Shown in pieces: positions 26,004 through 40,525 of a stretch of 64,000 nt of DNA. Source of the stretch: Hydrolagus colliei (lineage: Eukaryota). Below the pieces are notes generated by a model. That model searched no databases and was not told the origin of the DNA. It saw nothing but the letters and a program-made list of their open reading frames with translations. The DNA is taken from positions 18,104,001-18,168,000 of the forward strand of contig CM068749.1 in NCBI GenBank assembly GCA_035084275.1. Direction: 5' to 3'. The translations under genes and the position numbers were made by a program. Position 1 is the first letter of the stretch, and each line of letters begins with the position of its first letter.

Positions 26004-27469
26004 ATCTGAAGTAATCTCTATATGGCTTTTGTGCTTTTAAGCTTTTGCTCTGTTTTCAAGCATGATTTGAAAATCTTCCTCCCCCATCCAGCAGGTGTTA
26101 TCCATAGTTTATGTGAGTACATTTATATTCGCACTATTATAAACAGGTGACTTGCAACTCACCGCTTAATCACCATACCTTGCAGGCCAACTAAAAACTA
26201 GGTCTAAACCACACTTTGTCTTTAACAATGCAATAACAGTTCAAAACACATCATCCGTACATTTTTTCTTGAGGGTGCTGTTATATTCAGGACCTATAAA
26301 ATACATTGTGCATATGCCTATTGTGATGTACAATTCATAACATAGGGTAAAATGAAATGGTTTAGAAACAATGCCATCTATGATTGAGAGATATAATGAA
26401 TGTGGGGCATATACTAATTGATGAATGTCACTTATAGCAACTCATTTCCCTGTATTCTACGCAAATGGCAGCATTGTATTTGTCAAGACTATCCACCTGA
26501 CAGCAGCTTTGCATGTCTGTCAGCACCTTTTTGGAAACTCAATATAATAAAAGTGGTATTCACAAGATTTTACTGAGCAAATTACACCTACATGTACAAT
26601 TTTCTGATGTGTTATGTATTTTAAAATATATTACAACTGATATGTATCGTTGCAGTTAACATTTCTTCACATTAACTTTGTTTGATTTTGCAATTACACG
26701 ACGAGTGAATAATAAGGCAGTAGATCGCCACATATCATTCCCCAAAAGACATTCGTACTGTGTAATGCACCAATATTACTTATTCCCTTATAATCGTTCA
26801 TTAAAAACCCATTTAGTAATGCCAGAAACAAATGGTGTTTGCTTAAGAGTAGCTGGTATCAGAACAAAGGAAACACAATAAACATTCAATCGATTCTCTT
26901 GTAATTAAACTAAATTCTCACTACAGTGAAAGTCAAAGGACTTTCATATGACTTAAATAATATGACTTAAAGTTCATATGATTTAATTAATAATTTTATT
27001 GTTTTGACATGTAGTGGAAAATAACTCTTCGATCAACAGAAGGGCAGTAAAGTGGTTATTTTTTCCCATGCACTGAATCAATTGTACTTTTGAGTTTTTA
27101 GTTAAAATTGAGTTTAATCCAGTCTATGATGGGTTAGGTATGTTATATTTCTTGTAGGATATGACTAATTTTAGGGCGCACGTTCTGAAGCAGCAAAAGT
27201 ATACCGGATTTAAGTTAACGTGTAGAAATATTCTTGATCTCAAAAGTTTTTTATTTTTTAATTTGCTTTAGGGACGTGGATTGAACCAAGTTGAAATTCA
27301 ATTCCAGCAAAGTCAACATTTTTTAACAAAATTTTGCCCTGTGTGTGGGGTTTAAAATGGTGCCATGTGTACTTAGGAAATAGTAATACTGTAGTTAGGA
27401 ATAGTCTGTTTCTTTGGGATGTGTTTGATGTGTTTGATGGCCGGAATCATTTGTGGTCATGCAACCAAT

Positions 27470-27713
27470 TCCCTTGTGGTCTAATGGTCAACTTTCTGAC
27501 CAGTTGCCTGGAAGTGTGTATGTGTATATATCCAGGCAGGACAGGGCAAAACCTTGGGCAAGTTTCCTTACTCCATACTCCTAATAATAATCCCTCCAAA
27601 AAGAATCAATAATTTTAAAAATTTGTCATTTCAATCCAGTATATTCTGTGAAGCGCTTTGAAACATCAATAAGATGTGAAAAGCGCTACATCAAATGCAA
27701 GGATTATTATTAT
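27470..27713 (+). mobile_element. SINE family A with diverged head and internal deletion
   Basis: accttgggcaagtttccttactcc...tcatttcaatcc joined directly to agtatattctgtgaagcgc, so the middle segment is missing. Confidence 0.82.
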
Positions 27714-28274
27714 GTGTCCAGTGTTGCATACGTCCAATTTCCCTAGTATCTACCAGGCACTCTTTCTACTGGCACACCAACAATCTTCATTATGCACATG
27801 GATTTCTCAAATGTTGCAGGGTAATACGTATCTGATACCTAGATTTACCTGAATATTAATCCAGGATGAGGACAGTGTTGGAGTTTCCTTAGTTTCAGGG
27901 TTATGACTTGTTCCTTTCTTGCTTGATTAGGCAGAGAGTAATAGTAATAATCCTTGCATTTGATATTTGAGAGTAATGCTCATCCAACAAGTACCTGATG
28001 TAGTGAATTTAAGATAATGTTATAAAAAGGCAAGCATTGGTGGAAACCTTTATATCAAAACTTTTCAATAACATAATTTTTAAAGTTTTATGAAATTTAG
28101 AAGTGTTATTACTGGTCAAAATGTTTATCAAGGTGAAGAATGGCTGCTGTGGAATGTAATCCCTTTTCTGTTTTATCCCTAGGAATAACATGATGTCCTT
28201 TTACAACATGTACAACATGCATCATGCACAATGGTGAATGACTTTAAGTTACCTCTACAATATTGTGTCTAAGC

Positions 28275-28575
28275 CATGTAGCTCAGTGGTTAGAGCACTC
28301 GCCTAACAAGTGAGAGACCTCGGTTCAATTCCAGGCAGGGCGAAGCCTTCAGCAAGTTTCCTTACTCCACATGCCTAATAATAATCCCACAAAAAAAATT
28401 GGTCATTTCAATATATGACTGTTTGTGAGACACTGTTATGTGCATTTGGTTGTTGCATTTTGCCCACATATATACAGTCAATTCACTTTACAGTGTATTC
28501 TGTGAAGTGCTCTGAGACAGCTAGATAATGTGAAAAGCACCATATCAAATGTAAGGATTAATATTTTTATTATTA
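28275..28575 (+). mobile_element. SINE family A, full length (L2 tail follows at ~28578-28640)
   Basis: gtagctcagtggttagagcactcgcc...ggttcaattccaggc...atcaaatgtaaggatt. Confidence 0.92.
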
Positions 28576-31097
28576 TACTGTGATTGGGACGTCTTCCCAA
28601 CATGAAAGGCACGATACAAACACAATTTTGTTGTTGTTTTTTCCATTTTTTAACTGCCTTTCCGTAAAATATTTCTGAATGATACTGTCAGAAAGTACCA
28701 GTTGTTCTGTACTTAAAGGTCAGTAAAGACTCTGTAGTTTGCTCCGGGACCATACCTAAATGGAATGGAGAAAGCAGCTCACAATCATTTCGTTTAGTAG
28801 TCATTGGGGACAGAGTGGGCTTTGTCCTATGTTTCACAGCTGAGTTGGAGCTGACTGGCCTCAAAGGTTAAAAAAAAGTGTTTCAATTCACTGCACCACT
28901 ATGCCCATCATATATCTTTAAGTTCTTTTGAATAATAGGACTGATGTGTGAAATAAAATACCTAATTGTCTACAATGCTCCACAGTAGCTTAATTGTCAA
29001 GTTAAAACACCAATAATACCTACTGAGGAAAACTACAAGAACATGTTACGGACAGAAATATTTTTAACCTCAAACTTTAATCGTTTTAAGGCCACCATGT
29101 CTCCTTCGCAGCAAAGTAATACAATCTCCGTAAGTAAAATAAATGAAAGGCAAAAATAACGAATGACATTTCCTATAATATGATGTCTACTTACATAAAT
29201 AAAGTAGTTCAGTCAGTGAAGGAAGAAACAGGGATTTGTTTAAAGTTTATGTTACAATGTCACTAACTGCACAGAGTGACCACGTCTTGTCACAGCTATA
29301 AACTTTTAGTTTATGTAATAAATCATTCAGAAGGAAGGAGATGTCTGCAATAGCAGTTTTAATAGTAACATAAAAAAGACTTCCATTGACTGTATAACAG
29401 CTGTGTCACCTGCACATGGGTGATCCGTTTTTGACACCTTCCCTCAAGAGTATTGCAAGGATAAACATATTCTGTTCAAACGAGTCCAATGACAGCAAAA
29501 TTGCCTGCTTGTCTCTAAAAAGACTCTAATAATGTGTACCGAGGGAGAGGTGCATGTTCTGACAGTAGACTTTTTTCCCCAGTGGAAGTCTGAGAGGTTC
29601 AAATTTTCTAGAAACTTTAATCTTCCACAACATAACCAAAATACAAAATATCACAAATCATTACAGCTTGACGAAAAATATCCTGGAATAAAACATGTAA
29701 GAAAGAATATATTCAGTCAAACAAATCCAGTTGTACGTGCAATGGTAGGGCACTGGCACCATGTAGACTAAATTAAAGAACCAGAATAAAATTCTAGGGA
29801 CTTACTCTTTTCCCATACTGTAGCCTCTTAAAAATTTAAATGATTACTTTCTTAAGTTTAAACTGAAGCACATAGTTACAATGGCTGAAAAATGATGGCT
29901 GCCAAGAACTGTAGTGTTTATAAAGGCTGCTGTCATCTCTGGAGTGCAATTCGAAATCTGCTGACATCTATATCTGCTTGAGGTTTAAGTAAGCAAAACA
30001 GGTGGTGTTTAGTATTTTCTTTGATGAGTGTAGAATCAAATGCTAAAAAGCATTTTAAAAATTGACATTTTTGCTAATGCAAGTTAATCATTTAACAAGA
30101 AGCAAAATTAAAGTCAATTACAAATGCAAAACTTAAGTAAACTAGGTTTACTCCAATATGTTGTAGAAGCACAGTACTGTACTGTATTATGGATGATTAA
30201 ATTCTCTAATAAGACTTATTTCAGACTGCAGCAGGGCTAATTTAAGATGTACATTATCAGCAAGGTTGCAAGAAAGTTTCCTTCATTACAAAGGAAAACG
30301 CAACAGTTGAGATCGGTTCTAAGATCAAATTGCACATATAATTAAAGTACACAATTATTTAAGATGACATTTTTCACATGATAATTTGTAATGTGTGTAT
30401 GAGTGATATGGAGATGACTTCCAAACAAAGCTTTATCGCTGTACAATTTGCTTGCTTTTCTAATAAGACCTGAGACGTGATTTTATATTTTTGTACAGTT
30501 GCCAAAGCACTGATTGCAAGCTCAATGCTGCCAAATGCAGTTTTGCTCCATCATAAAGTGAATTGCTACTTTATGAATAATTATTGCAGCATGTTAACAA
30601 AATGCCATGTGGACCATTCAGAATAGGTGATTCAATTTGCATTGGTAGCCAGACATGCTTTAAAGCTGCTGCTTATATTTTGGCACAGGAACATCGAGCA
30701 GTATGATAGTTGAAGAGGACTACTTATCTCGCTAATAATAAATACCCTCAACAACTGCTTACTATTTAATTGCCATCTATGCCACGTGGGGTTAAGGGAA
30801 CTGAACAACAGTTTGCTTTGATTTCACTTGCTGGTTGACAATGGAAATGACACAGTAGCTCCATGATTGCGCCTCCTTCATTGCGGTTGTATTTATGCCA
30901 ACAGGTTGACATGCATGTGTCACCAAATTGATGTTGCAGAATAGCAGATGAATCGTTAATTCATTTGTCTCTAGTCCTGCTCCCTCCCTGGCTTTGGCAC
31001 ATTAAAATCATCCCGTGGCATTAAGTTGATTTTTAAACCGCCACACATCAAGCTCCAAGTAGCTCTTCTGTAACATTTAACAATTCTGCCCATAACT

Positions 31098-31412
31098 GGA
31101 GTCCCTTAGCTCAGTGGTTAGAAAACTCGCCTTGCTAGCGAGAGACCTGGATTCGATGCCAGGCAAGGAGAAACCTTGGGCAAGTTTCCTTTTCTCCACA
31201 AGCCTGATAATAATCGCTCCAAAAAAAAACAAGAATAAAATTGGTCATTTCGATCCATGACTGTTTCAGGGATGCTGCTCTGCGCAATTGGCTGACACCG
31301 TTTCGCCCACAAATATAGAGTCAATTCATTTTACAGTATTTTCTGTGAAGCGCTTTGAGACATCTATAAGACATGAAAAGTGCTATATCAAATGCAGAGA
31401 TTATTATTATTA
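31098..31412 (+). mobile_element. SINE family A, full length
   Basis: ggagtcccttagctcagtggttagaaaactcgccttgctagcgagagacctggattcgatgcc...atcaaatgcagagattattattatt. Confidence 0.93.
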
Positions 31413-31878
31413 CTGCATCAACAGTTCAATGGTATCACAATAGCTAAATCGTGAAATTACAGGAAATGGTGAAAACCAAACTAGACCTTGATGCTTGTGA
31501 TACTGGGTTACGTCTGAGAGGCTACTAGTAAGTGCACAAAGTGCGTCTCCATTCAAGATTGAAATTGGGGAGTTGTTTCTCTGTAAATTGAAAAGGTCTG
31601 GGTTTAATCTTACATGTTTATTCTCAGTCAATCACTACTGGGTGCTTCACCAGATTGAGTATCATCGCAAGTATCAACAAAAACAACAAAGGGACTAATG
31701 GCAAGTCAGACATGATGTAAACACTTCTTCCTCATCAAAATTCCTTCCTTCCTACAGAAGGCCCTAACATTAAATACCTGTGCTTTGTTGTCGGCATTTT
31801 GTGAAGAAATTTGCAGAAACAGAATATCAGTAGTTGCGCAAAACCATATATTAATGCTAGCTCTTAACATTTTAATAT

Positions 31879-31990
31879 CCGCCACAAAATATGCAGTCAA
31901 TTCACTTTACAGTATATTCTGTGAAGGGCTTTGAGACGTCTCGAAGATGTGATAAAGCGCTAAATCAAATATAAGGATTGTTATTATTGT
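31879..31990 (+). mobile_element. SINE family A, 3' fragment
   Basis: cagtcaattcactttacagtatattctgtgaagggctttgagacgtc...aaggattgttattatt. Confidence 0.85.
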
Positions 31991-33313
31991 TTCATCCCTA
32001 TTGACATATTTGAGCAAAGTCACTAAAATTAGGAACTTGCAGAATTTTTCATTTTCAAACTTCATTTGCTGTCAGAGTTCGTCCCAATAAAATTTGAAAC
32101 TGTTCAGCATAGCGTATTTACCAGTGACAAGTAGGGCCAGGAAATTTCTGACAACTTGGTTAAGATCCAATCGTGTAAAAAATCATCCTATTCCCTCATG
32201 AATTGATCTTTAAAAGTCCTTTGCTGATTACTTTTGGAAATAACACAATAACTAGAATTGTATTTAAGATGTGAGAGAATAACGCTCTCTGTATAAAAAA
32301 AAGGTAATTGAAGTTTTATTTTGATTGGATTAGAGAATTTATAGCTGAACAAATAATTTTGCTTTATAGATCAGCAAATATTTGTCTTTAATATATAATG
32401 GTTGGCATATACGGTACTCTAAAAGGGTGAGGCAAAATTGTACACTGGAGTGACAAGAGATGTGAGGAATCTACAGTTAACAACGTTAAAGGACAGAACA
32501 GCTGAGAAGATTATTGTGAGAAAGGGAATAAAGAGAAACCACAGAGATATGACAGGTTGACAGGTGAAACCAGAAGAAAGGATCTTAAGAAGCTCAAAGC
32601 AGTGAATTGTAGTGCCTCACAGAAAAAGATGCCTTTGTGGTTTGTTAAAATTGGAATGATTGTTGTATCATTATATTATTAAACACAGAATTAGGGCTGC
32701 TACTTTTCTACTTTTAACACATATTGGCATATACCGGTAAAGACAAAATGTTTAGAAAAATAATATTTTGACTGTAAATTGATTTCATACAATACATTGT
32801 ATATCAAATTTTATTTTACTGCACATGCGATATTTGATCCTTGTATTTTAAAGTATTTTCTTGTACTTTTGCACCAACTACATAAAATGGTCTTAGAAAA
32901 GAAAAGAACACATTATTTGATAATATATGGCTAAAATGTGCCCAAATTGGATTTTTTTTCAAGAAAAATTAGATTAGTGTGTGTCCCATTTTACCCCCTT
33001 ACCAATGTGAGATAAATCAAACAGGAATGAACTGAGCAGAAGTTGCGACGTGTGCAATTTCAGTGAGAGACTATCAATATCCAGTCATTAAGTGGCATCT
33101 CCTGGCAGTCTGGTCCAGGCTATGAGCATGGTCGTGTGCCTATCTCCAGATTACAAGGTGTAACACCAGGCAGATGAAGGCAATAATATGCAATAAAAAA
33201 CAAATAGAATAAATTTACTTAACATTCTACAAAGAAATCAGAAGAAAGAACTTTATGTTATACAAGCGAAAATAAAGTATAATGCGTGATTATAGGATTG
33301 ATATAAGTCTGCT

Positions 33314-33360
33314 GAATTTTACTTGCAAAAGCACAGTCAGTGCTTTTGCAAGTAAAATTC
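33314..33360. repeat. Perfect 21-bp inverted repeat with 5-nt loop
   Basis: gaattttacttgcaaaagcac-agtca-gtgcttttgcaagtaaaattc. Confidence 0.95.
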
Positions 33361-34454
33361 TTTGCCCCCTCCACCCACACTTCTGTTAATAAGTTCAGTG
33401 ACCGATCCATTTATTATAAATGCCTTAAAGTAATCAAAACAAAAGTTCTATATTTTCTTTCCTGACTGCAACAATCAGAGTTTAAAATGTAAACTATAAT
33501 TCTATTATATTCACACCAATTTATCAAAAATAAAATGTAGGAGGCATAATTACAATATGTCTCATCTGAGATTTAAATATAGTTTATTACCTGTACTTTT
33601 GTACAATAATCAAAATTATTCACTAGCTTTTGTTCTTATATATTAGAAGAACATAGGATTAAATATTTTTAAATATTCTCTACTGCTTTGTGATGTTTCT
33701 TAATCAAAGCAGCTATTTTGTTAAGTACAAAATTCTAGCAACACAGTGTTAATGTCTACACACTTTCATATACTGTAGTTACATCTTCAATTGCTAAATG
33801 TAATCAAACTTTCACATGCAAATGCATAGACCAATATCCAAATGCATGAATCTCAATCCCTTTTACGTCCTTGGAACAATCATGTGATTTCCCCAGGCCA
33901 TGCTGTATATAAGGCTTTGTTCTGGGGTTGAATCTCAGTTCTTCAGTAGAGGTGGCAATAGAAGAACCTGAGCAGATGCAATGAGCCAAATACATTTGCA
34001 GGTCAGCCAAATAATTGAAGGACAGGAGTTAGAGAATACTGTATGTTGAGTTGAATTGCATTCAAAGAATGAGAATGTCCAACGATTCAGAATCTAATAT
34101 GATTTATCTTTGTTCAATCTCACAACACAATTGAATTTGACCAAAATAGTACAACAGAAACAAAAACCTTTAATTTGAGACTGAAGTGTATTTTGCCTTG
34201 AATGATTAGATGAAACAGTTTAGTTACTCATCATCACTTGCTTTCCAGAGATTTAAGATAATTCCTCTCAAGTTAGCCTGTGAAATGGCTATAAAATGAG
34301 CAAAATAATAAACAATGCAAAAATACATTTCATTACCCAATTACTGTATCCAACATTTTGTTGCCATACAATTGGCCATACAATTTGCTACCATACAAAT
34401 GTCCTTGATTCTACCCAGATGGAGAGGAAGAGTTGGACACAACAATCAAAATAA

Positions 34455-34700
34455 CCTTGCCTTCTCTAACCCTGAAATCTGGAATTCTCTCCCCCAAAAG
34501 GTAGTGGATGCTGAATCCATCCACACCTTCTAGAGTGAAGTTGATACATTTTTGGTACATCAGAATACTAAGAGATGCGGGATGAAAGCGGGAAATTGGA
34601 ATTGAAACGATTGGTAGAGATACGGATTAGCCATTATCTAATTAAATGGCGGAACGGGCTTGACGGGCTGAATGGCCTACTCCTGTCCCTACGTTCTTCT
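34455..34700 (+). mobile_element. CR1 LINE 3' end (ORF2 C-terminus plus UTR)
   Basis: Encodes FSNPEIWNSLPQKVVDAESIHTF (CR1 WNSLP motif) and ends ggcggaacgggcttgacgggctgaatggcctactcctgtcc. Confidence 0.88.
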
Positions 34701-35698
34701 GGTAGATGTTGGTAGCAAACCTACAAAAACTCAATCACAACACTCTACAGTAAATCCTGCTCTGATAAATGTAAATGTCTTGTGGCACTATATCAAATGC
34801 AAGGATTACCAAGAACAATTTACCAGCTTTGCGTGGAAGTGAAGAAGACTGAGATCAATTTCTCCACCCACTCTCGGGGAAGTCTACATGGGATTCAAAG
34901 GTTGAAACCTGACATGCTGGAGACTAATAGTAGGTCTATCAGCTGTTGGAGAATCTGCAAACAACACAATAATGTTATTTGGAAGAAATATTGAGGCCAG
35001 AACCAAAACAAAGAAGAAAAATACAAGAATGTTGTGTAAAATGCTTTTAAAGACAAATGAACCTGCCTACTGAAAATGCAACTGTAAAGTTCTTAAAGAT
35101 TAACTGAGTAAACAGTAGATTCAAAGAGCATTTTCCTGGTGTGAAACAACACAAAGTTTTTCTTTCCCATACCAGAAAAATAACTGAAGTGGCAGAATAG
35201 GAGTTTGTTTGCGGCAAAAACTCAGGAAGGTCAATTGACTTGCATGACTAAAGAGTAATGATTTCCTGTGATTACCCAAACTGCTAATATAGCAAATTGT
35301 TACAATATATATGAGGGCAGTGTTATTTCTTTGTAATCTATTCTAGTTTGAATTCCTGCGAGAACACCACAAATGTACTATTTCAATAATTGTGATAAAT
35401 ACTGAATATTATAAATAACTGTGAGACATTGCAAAAAAAATGGATGGGTGGAAGTGATTGTAATGAAAATAATCAGAGTTCAACAAGCAATTAACTGTTC
35501 ATGCTTTGCTCTCGTGGTTTCTCGTGGTTTATCCCTAGAGCATAGATGACAAGATAGCTTGTTTCAGTAGCGCTCTGCTGTCTGTACCTCCAACATGTTA
35601 TCTCATAGAGCTCTTGGACTGAATCAGAGTTCAAACATGAATCCAATTTTAATGTGAGCATTTGACTTGTCTGCTCCAATTATGCAGCAAGCTAAACT

Positions 35699-35890
35699 AT
35701 AATAATAATAATCGCTGCATTTCATGTAGCGCTTTTCATGTCTTCTAGACGTCTCAAAGTGCTTCACAGAATATACCGTAAAGTGAGTTGACTATACATT
35801 TGTGGGCGAATCACAGCAGCCAATTGCTCACAGCAGTGTCCCGCAAGCAGTGGTAGATTGGAAATGCCCAATTGATTCTTGTTTTTGTTG
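35699..35890 (-). mobile_element. SINE family A, 3' half
   Basis: (aat)n...gcgcttttcatgtcttctagacgtctcaaagtgcttcacagaata...gcagccaattgctcacagcagtgtccc. Confidence 0.88.
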
Positions 35891-38759
35891 GGAGAGGGGG
35901 TCGCTGAGAAGGTGGCCTTAAAGCACAGTCAAAGAGGATAGTTTTCAGGCATAATATTTAGTTCCCTAACCAGCCTTTTGAATCTATTCCAAATAGTCTT
36001 TGGTTCCACTTGGAACACAACTGGAATGTGCAGATAAAGGAGATACAGGAAAGCAATAGGAAGTATTTAAACTTTTACAGATAACAACCAAAATAAGAAT
36101 AAGACTAGAATATTTAAGTAAGAACGTTCCAGTCAAATTTATTCCAGCTTTCCACAAGGCACCTCTGAATGCATCACGATGACTATTCAAGGCTTTCCTT
36201 ACCCGGATAATGCCGTGATCTGAGTTGTCTCCATCAGCAGATAATCTATTTCCTTCCATAAACCTATTGCAACAAAGTAAAGCCCAATTTGACAAGCCAC
36301 TTTCCATTGCCACTAAATCAGAACAAATCATTTATTGGTAAGTAGGGAAACGTAATGATTAGGACTTATGTGAAAATTATTAATAAGCTCATTTTAAATG
36401 TTAGATGTTAGATTTGGCGAGAAAATTGGGGAAGGGAATTCAGCAGCTTTCAGAACTGATTAATAAATAATTTGTTTGCTAACTTATTTGTATTCAATTT
36501 AAAGGAGCCAATTATAATAATGTCCATTTTGTCTCTTGTCTGGTGGCTACTGAAAAATGTACAATACAGCATTTTATCAAAACTATGTCGACAATTACAA
36601 TCATAAAGAAACTCATAATAACCATATACCACATTCAACTGAAGTGTGGCATCATTCTTATTATGTTATTACATGTTACATTGATCACAGCAATCATGAC
36701 TTGCAGTGCAACCACATAGAGACTTGCTGTCACCTTGGATAAGTCACTTACAAATGTAATGTAACATTAAGACTATTACATTTGATTGGTGTTAAAACAC
36801 CTCGGGATTTTAATAAAATTGCATTAAATGTACTGCTAAAATGGCATTATTATTTTCACTATACACTATTTCAGAAACAATGTTTGAGGTTCCCCTAATG
36901 ACTAAGTTGATAATGTCACTTCTCACCCAGTTACACAGCCCCTGGAAAGTCACAAGTTCCATACTCAATTTGTGCTTTGTTAACCAAAGTGTGCAAAATA
37001 AGCTTCAATGCCTCCAGACTATGAGGGAAAAAATCAACTAGGGTGGTGGATCCTTATCTGGAGGATGTAGTCTCCGAGCACTCGACCCACTGCTGTATTC
37101 AAAATGATTTTATGGAAAATAAGGTAGGAGAAAAAGCTTAGAAGACAAATCTTATTTATATGGTGATCTTTAAGTATGTTATTCCAATGATGAATGGACA
37201 TTCATATAATAGGCAAAGTGATGAGTCTTGGAAGGTTGTTCAGGGTCAGCAAGAAAAAAAAAGTCAATTGTTGAAAATAGAGGCATAATAATGTATTATT
37301 TAAGAGAACAAACACATCAGATAGATTTAAAACATTCGAAGATGTTAAGGGAGAAGGTTGATATTTAGGGTATCAGAATAAAGAGACGAAAGGTTTCACA
37401 GGGAGTATATAAGTACATGGCAATGCAGAAACAAGAAATGCAATTGAGCGCATCCTGCTCACCTCCTCATCAAAATTCTGTTTTAGTTTTGTGTGGGGGT
37501 TGTCTCTTGTCCTAATTAATATTACTCTAAGCCCCGCTGCATCATGAATTAATCCAATTCTCTTTAGAACTGATTGGCACCAGAAAGCAGTCTACAAGTC
37601 AACAGAAATATGAAGAAATTATTCCTGAAGTTTATTTCGCTGCCACTTTAACACATGAATGTAACAATGAGAAAAGGTCACCTAGGCCATCCAGCTCATT
37701 TAATCACTCAAAATATTATCCAACCATTTTTTATTTTTCTACAGTATTTATAATAGCTGTCAATGTACTCTCATTCACTGTTTCTCTTTACAAAATACCT
37801 CAACATCATTTCATTGATTCTGTTCGTTATTTTTCAAACTTGGATTATGTCTCTCCTTAACCTTTATTCCAGCAAGGATAGATTTACCTTCCTCAGCCTC
37901 TCTCTTGGATAACAAGGTTTTAAGCAAAGTAGCATCAAGAATGTTTGCTGCAAAATAAGTAATTGTTGAATTAGATGCACTTGTGGAGAAGTATGTTGAG
38001 TGGATCAGGTAAATGATTCAGTTTGATATTTACCAAACGCTGAAGTGAATATGACAGACTGTAATCATTAAAGTTGCTGTAAAGGAGACTGATAGTTATT
38101 ATGGTAAATGGCAGAGACAGTACAGTTTGCAGACTGCAGGTTCTAAAAAAACAGAAGTAAATTGTTATGTAGTTGTAGGACTGAAGTGTACTTGATACAA
38201 AGTAGTAATATCAACACTTTAATGTTGCATTGCTGCAGAAGAGAATAATTAAATTGAGAAGGAATGGGAACAGGAATGGGAGCAGCCGATACTGTAATTT
38301 ATTTTAGTGATGCCCTGATAACTTAATAGGGATAGACTTAAGTGAAAAACATGTGGCTAAAATACTAGAAAATTAGAGCAACATTTGTGTGATAGTTACA
38401 AAATGTTTAAATAAGAAATTAAGGGGGAAGAAATCATTAGATAAAGAATGATGAAAAATAAATATTTAAATATTTTATTTATGAATGAGTTGCATATTGA
38501 GAAAGTTTTTTTGGGGTCAGCCAAATGTCTAATATATGTGGAAATACATCCCAATACTTAAGTTTATCCAAACTAAATTGAAAGTTCTATAAATTTACAC
38601 CATCTTCCCTTCGAAATTTTCCTGTGCCTGGAATCTCTTCCCTGTTGGATGCTCTCTGCTTCCTTAATTCCCCAGAGTATTAGGGACAGCTTGGCTAGTG
38701 CCAAGGTTTGGGGGGCCCCAGAATGTGTGTTAAGGTCTGCTGGAGTCTAAGCAACGAGG

Positions 38760-39050
38760 ACAACAACAACAACTTTGATTTATATAGCGCCCTCCACGCC
38801 GGAAAGCGTCTCCGAGCGCTTCACAATAGCGGATCCTGGGACCGAGCCAGGGGTAGGGGTAGAAAGTTGACCAAAGACCAAGCTTTAGGACCCCAAAGCT
38901 TGTTATCGCAAGCAGGTTTCCTGATCCATGTTCACCTAGGACCTCCCTACCCATTAGGACTGTGGCTTGCAGGTTCAACAAGAGCTTAGTGGGAAGACTC
39001 CCTGCCACTCAATGAGCTTCCAATGACGAAGGGAGAATGAGGAGCCAATA
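38760..39050 (-). mobile_element. L2-clade LINE 3' end (second subfamily)
   Basis: (caa)n tail followed by tttatatagcgccctccacgccggaaagcgtctccgagcgcttcaca. Confidence 0.7.
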
Positions 39051-39229
39051 TCACTTTGGGGAAAGAATGAGGAGAAGGGGAAGAAGAAACTAGAAAAGAA
39101 TTGGCAACAAATAAATTTTGCTGCAACTATAGACCAGTGACCTGTGCAGTGTGAACAAATCTGAGTATGCATGCATTGAAGGCTCCTGCTGCCCACGCAA
39201 ATGCATTGCAAAACAGACAGTATAATGGT

Positions 39230-39600
39230 GGCTGCCTGCGCACATCATTGTTTACATAATATGACTGAGACATAAGAAATAAGGTACTGCAGCTTGAGGA
39301 TTGTTTGTGGAATCAGAAGAGACAGATATAATTGGCCAGGCAGATATCTGATTAAAACTGAAGGGCACAATTTGAAGTGCAAACGTAGCTAGGTTTAAGA
39401 TATTTTAAAAAAGGGCAACAAATTAAATTAGTGGGAGGAACATTTTCTGTTAGTGGGCCCTCACCATTCCTGATTTTTAGCTCTAAGTAATTGGTTGTCA
39501 ATTTGGATAGAAATCTAACATCAGGAGAGTGAAGCTAACAGCTGGAATTTCTATGGACAAAAGGAGGAAAATTATACAGATTTGGCCACACAAGTGCATT
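39230..39600 (+). mobile_element. Degenerate CR1 ORF2 endonuclease start
   Basis: ataagaaataaggta...gatataattggc resembles the CR1 endonuclease N-terminal pattern (IRNK...DIIG); heavily decayed. Confidence 0.35.
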
Positions 39601-40299
39601 AAGAAAATGTCGTGTTCTTATTATCTGTAATTTTAAAGATCTCAATTTTTTTTAAAAGAACAAAAGCCATACAAATTCGAAAAGCATCCCTAGTCAATTT
39701 AGCAAATAAAGATAAGTGAAAGTATATTGCTTGTTTATCTCTTTCCTTGTACTCCTGTATTATATTTGAAGAGTTTAATTGAACAAATGAGCTTTTTAGA
39801 TGGCCCAAATAACAATGACAACAATTTGCATTTATATAGCGCCATTCGTGCAAAGTAGCGCCCTGGAGCACTTGTTAAATGTTATATCAGTCACCAGACA
39901 GTGAATCAGTAAATACTGCACTGCTCACTCCTCTGGAATCTGCTAAATCTCCCCCAATAGGTAGCCTGAGCTCTTGATAAGTTTTTATGCACCTTGGTTA
40001 TTATGTTGAAAGAATTTCCTACCTCACCCACTATTCCTTACAGGGATATGTAACCAGCTGATTTTAAGTATTTATTGGCCCCTATCCCCTCAGTGTGACA
40101 ATTTCACATCTTGGTTAAATAATACAGGAAGAAATGTAAGGACTACTCTAATTGTAACCAATGTGCTGCATCCAAATGCCTTCTCTCACCCCTATTAGTA
40201 TGCGGGTAGTTTAATATAGATACCCATCTACTATTAGACTGCAGCAGTCATATTACCTACATTGTAATCAAAGTACTTTGCCTCAGTACATCTTCATGA

Positions 40300-40525
40300 C
40301 CAAGTGGGTAAAGTGGCATTTCTCCTCCACTACGCCAGAGATTCACAGGTTCAAATTCTGGTCACTATCCAATAAATTGTATAAAAAAGTGCGTGGATGT
40401 TAGTGATGAATGGATCAGCTCAGTTTTGATGCCTTATGATTGAGTTCCCCATTAACACTCACAATTCATACATAAAGAATGACCATTTGAGTGAGATTCG
40501 GAAGGGTAGAGGGTGCCCGCCCTAG
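40300..40525 (+). mobile_element. AmnSINE2-like SINE, internally deleted
   Basis: tRNA-like head with B box ggttcaaattct, then cactatcca...gtgcgtggatgttagtgatgaatggatcagctc...catacataaagaatgaccatttgagtgag, homologous to 53897 and 58570. Confidence 0.55.
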
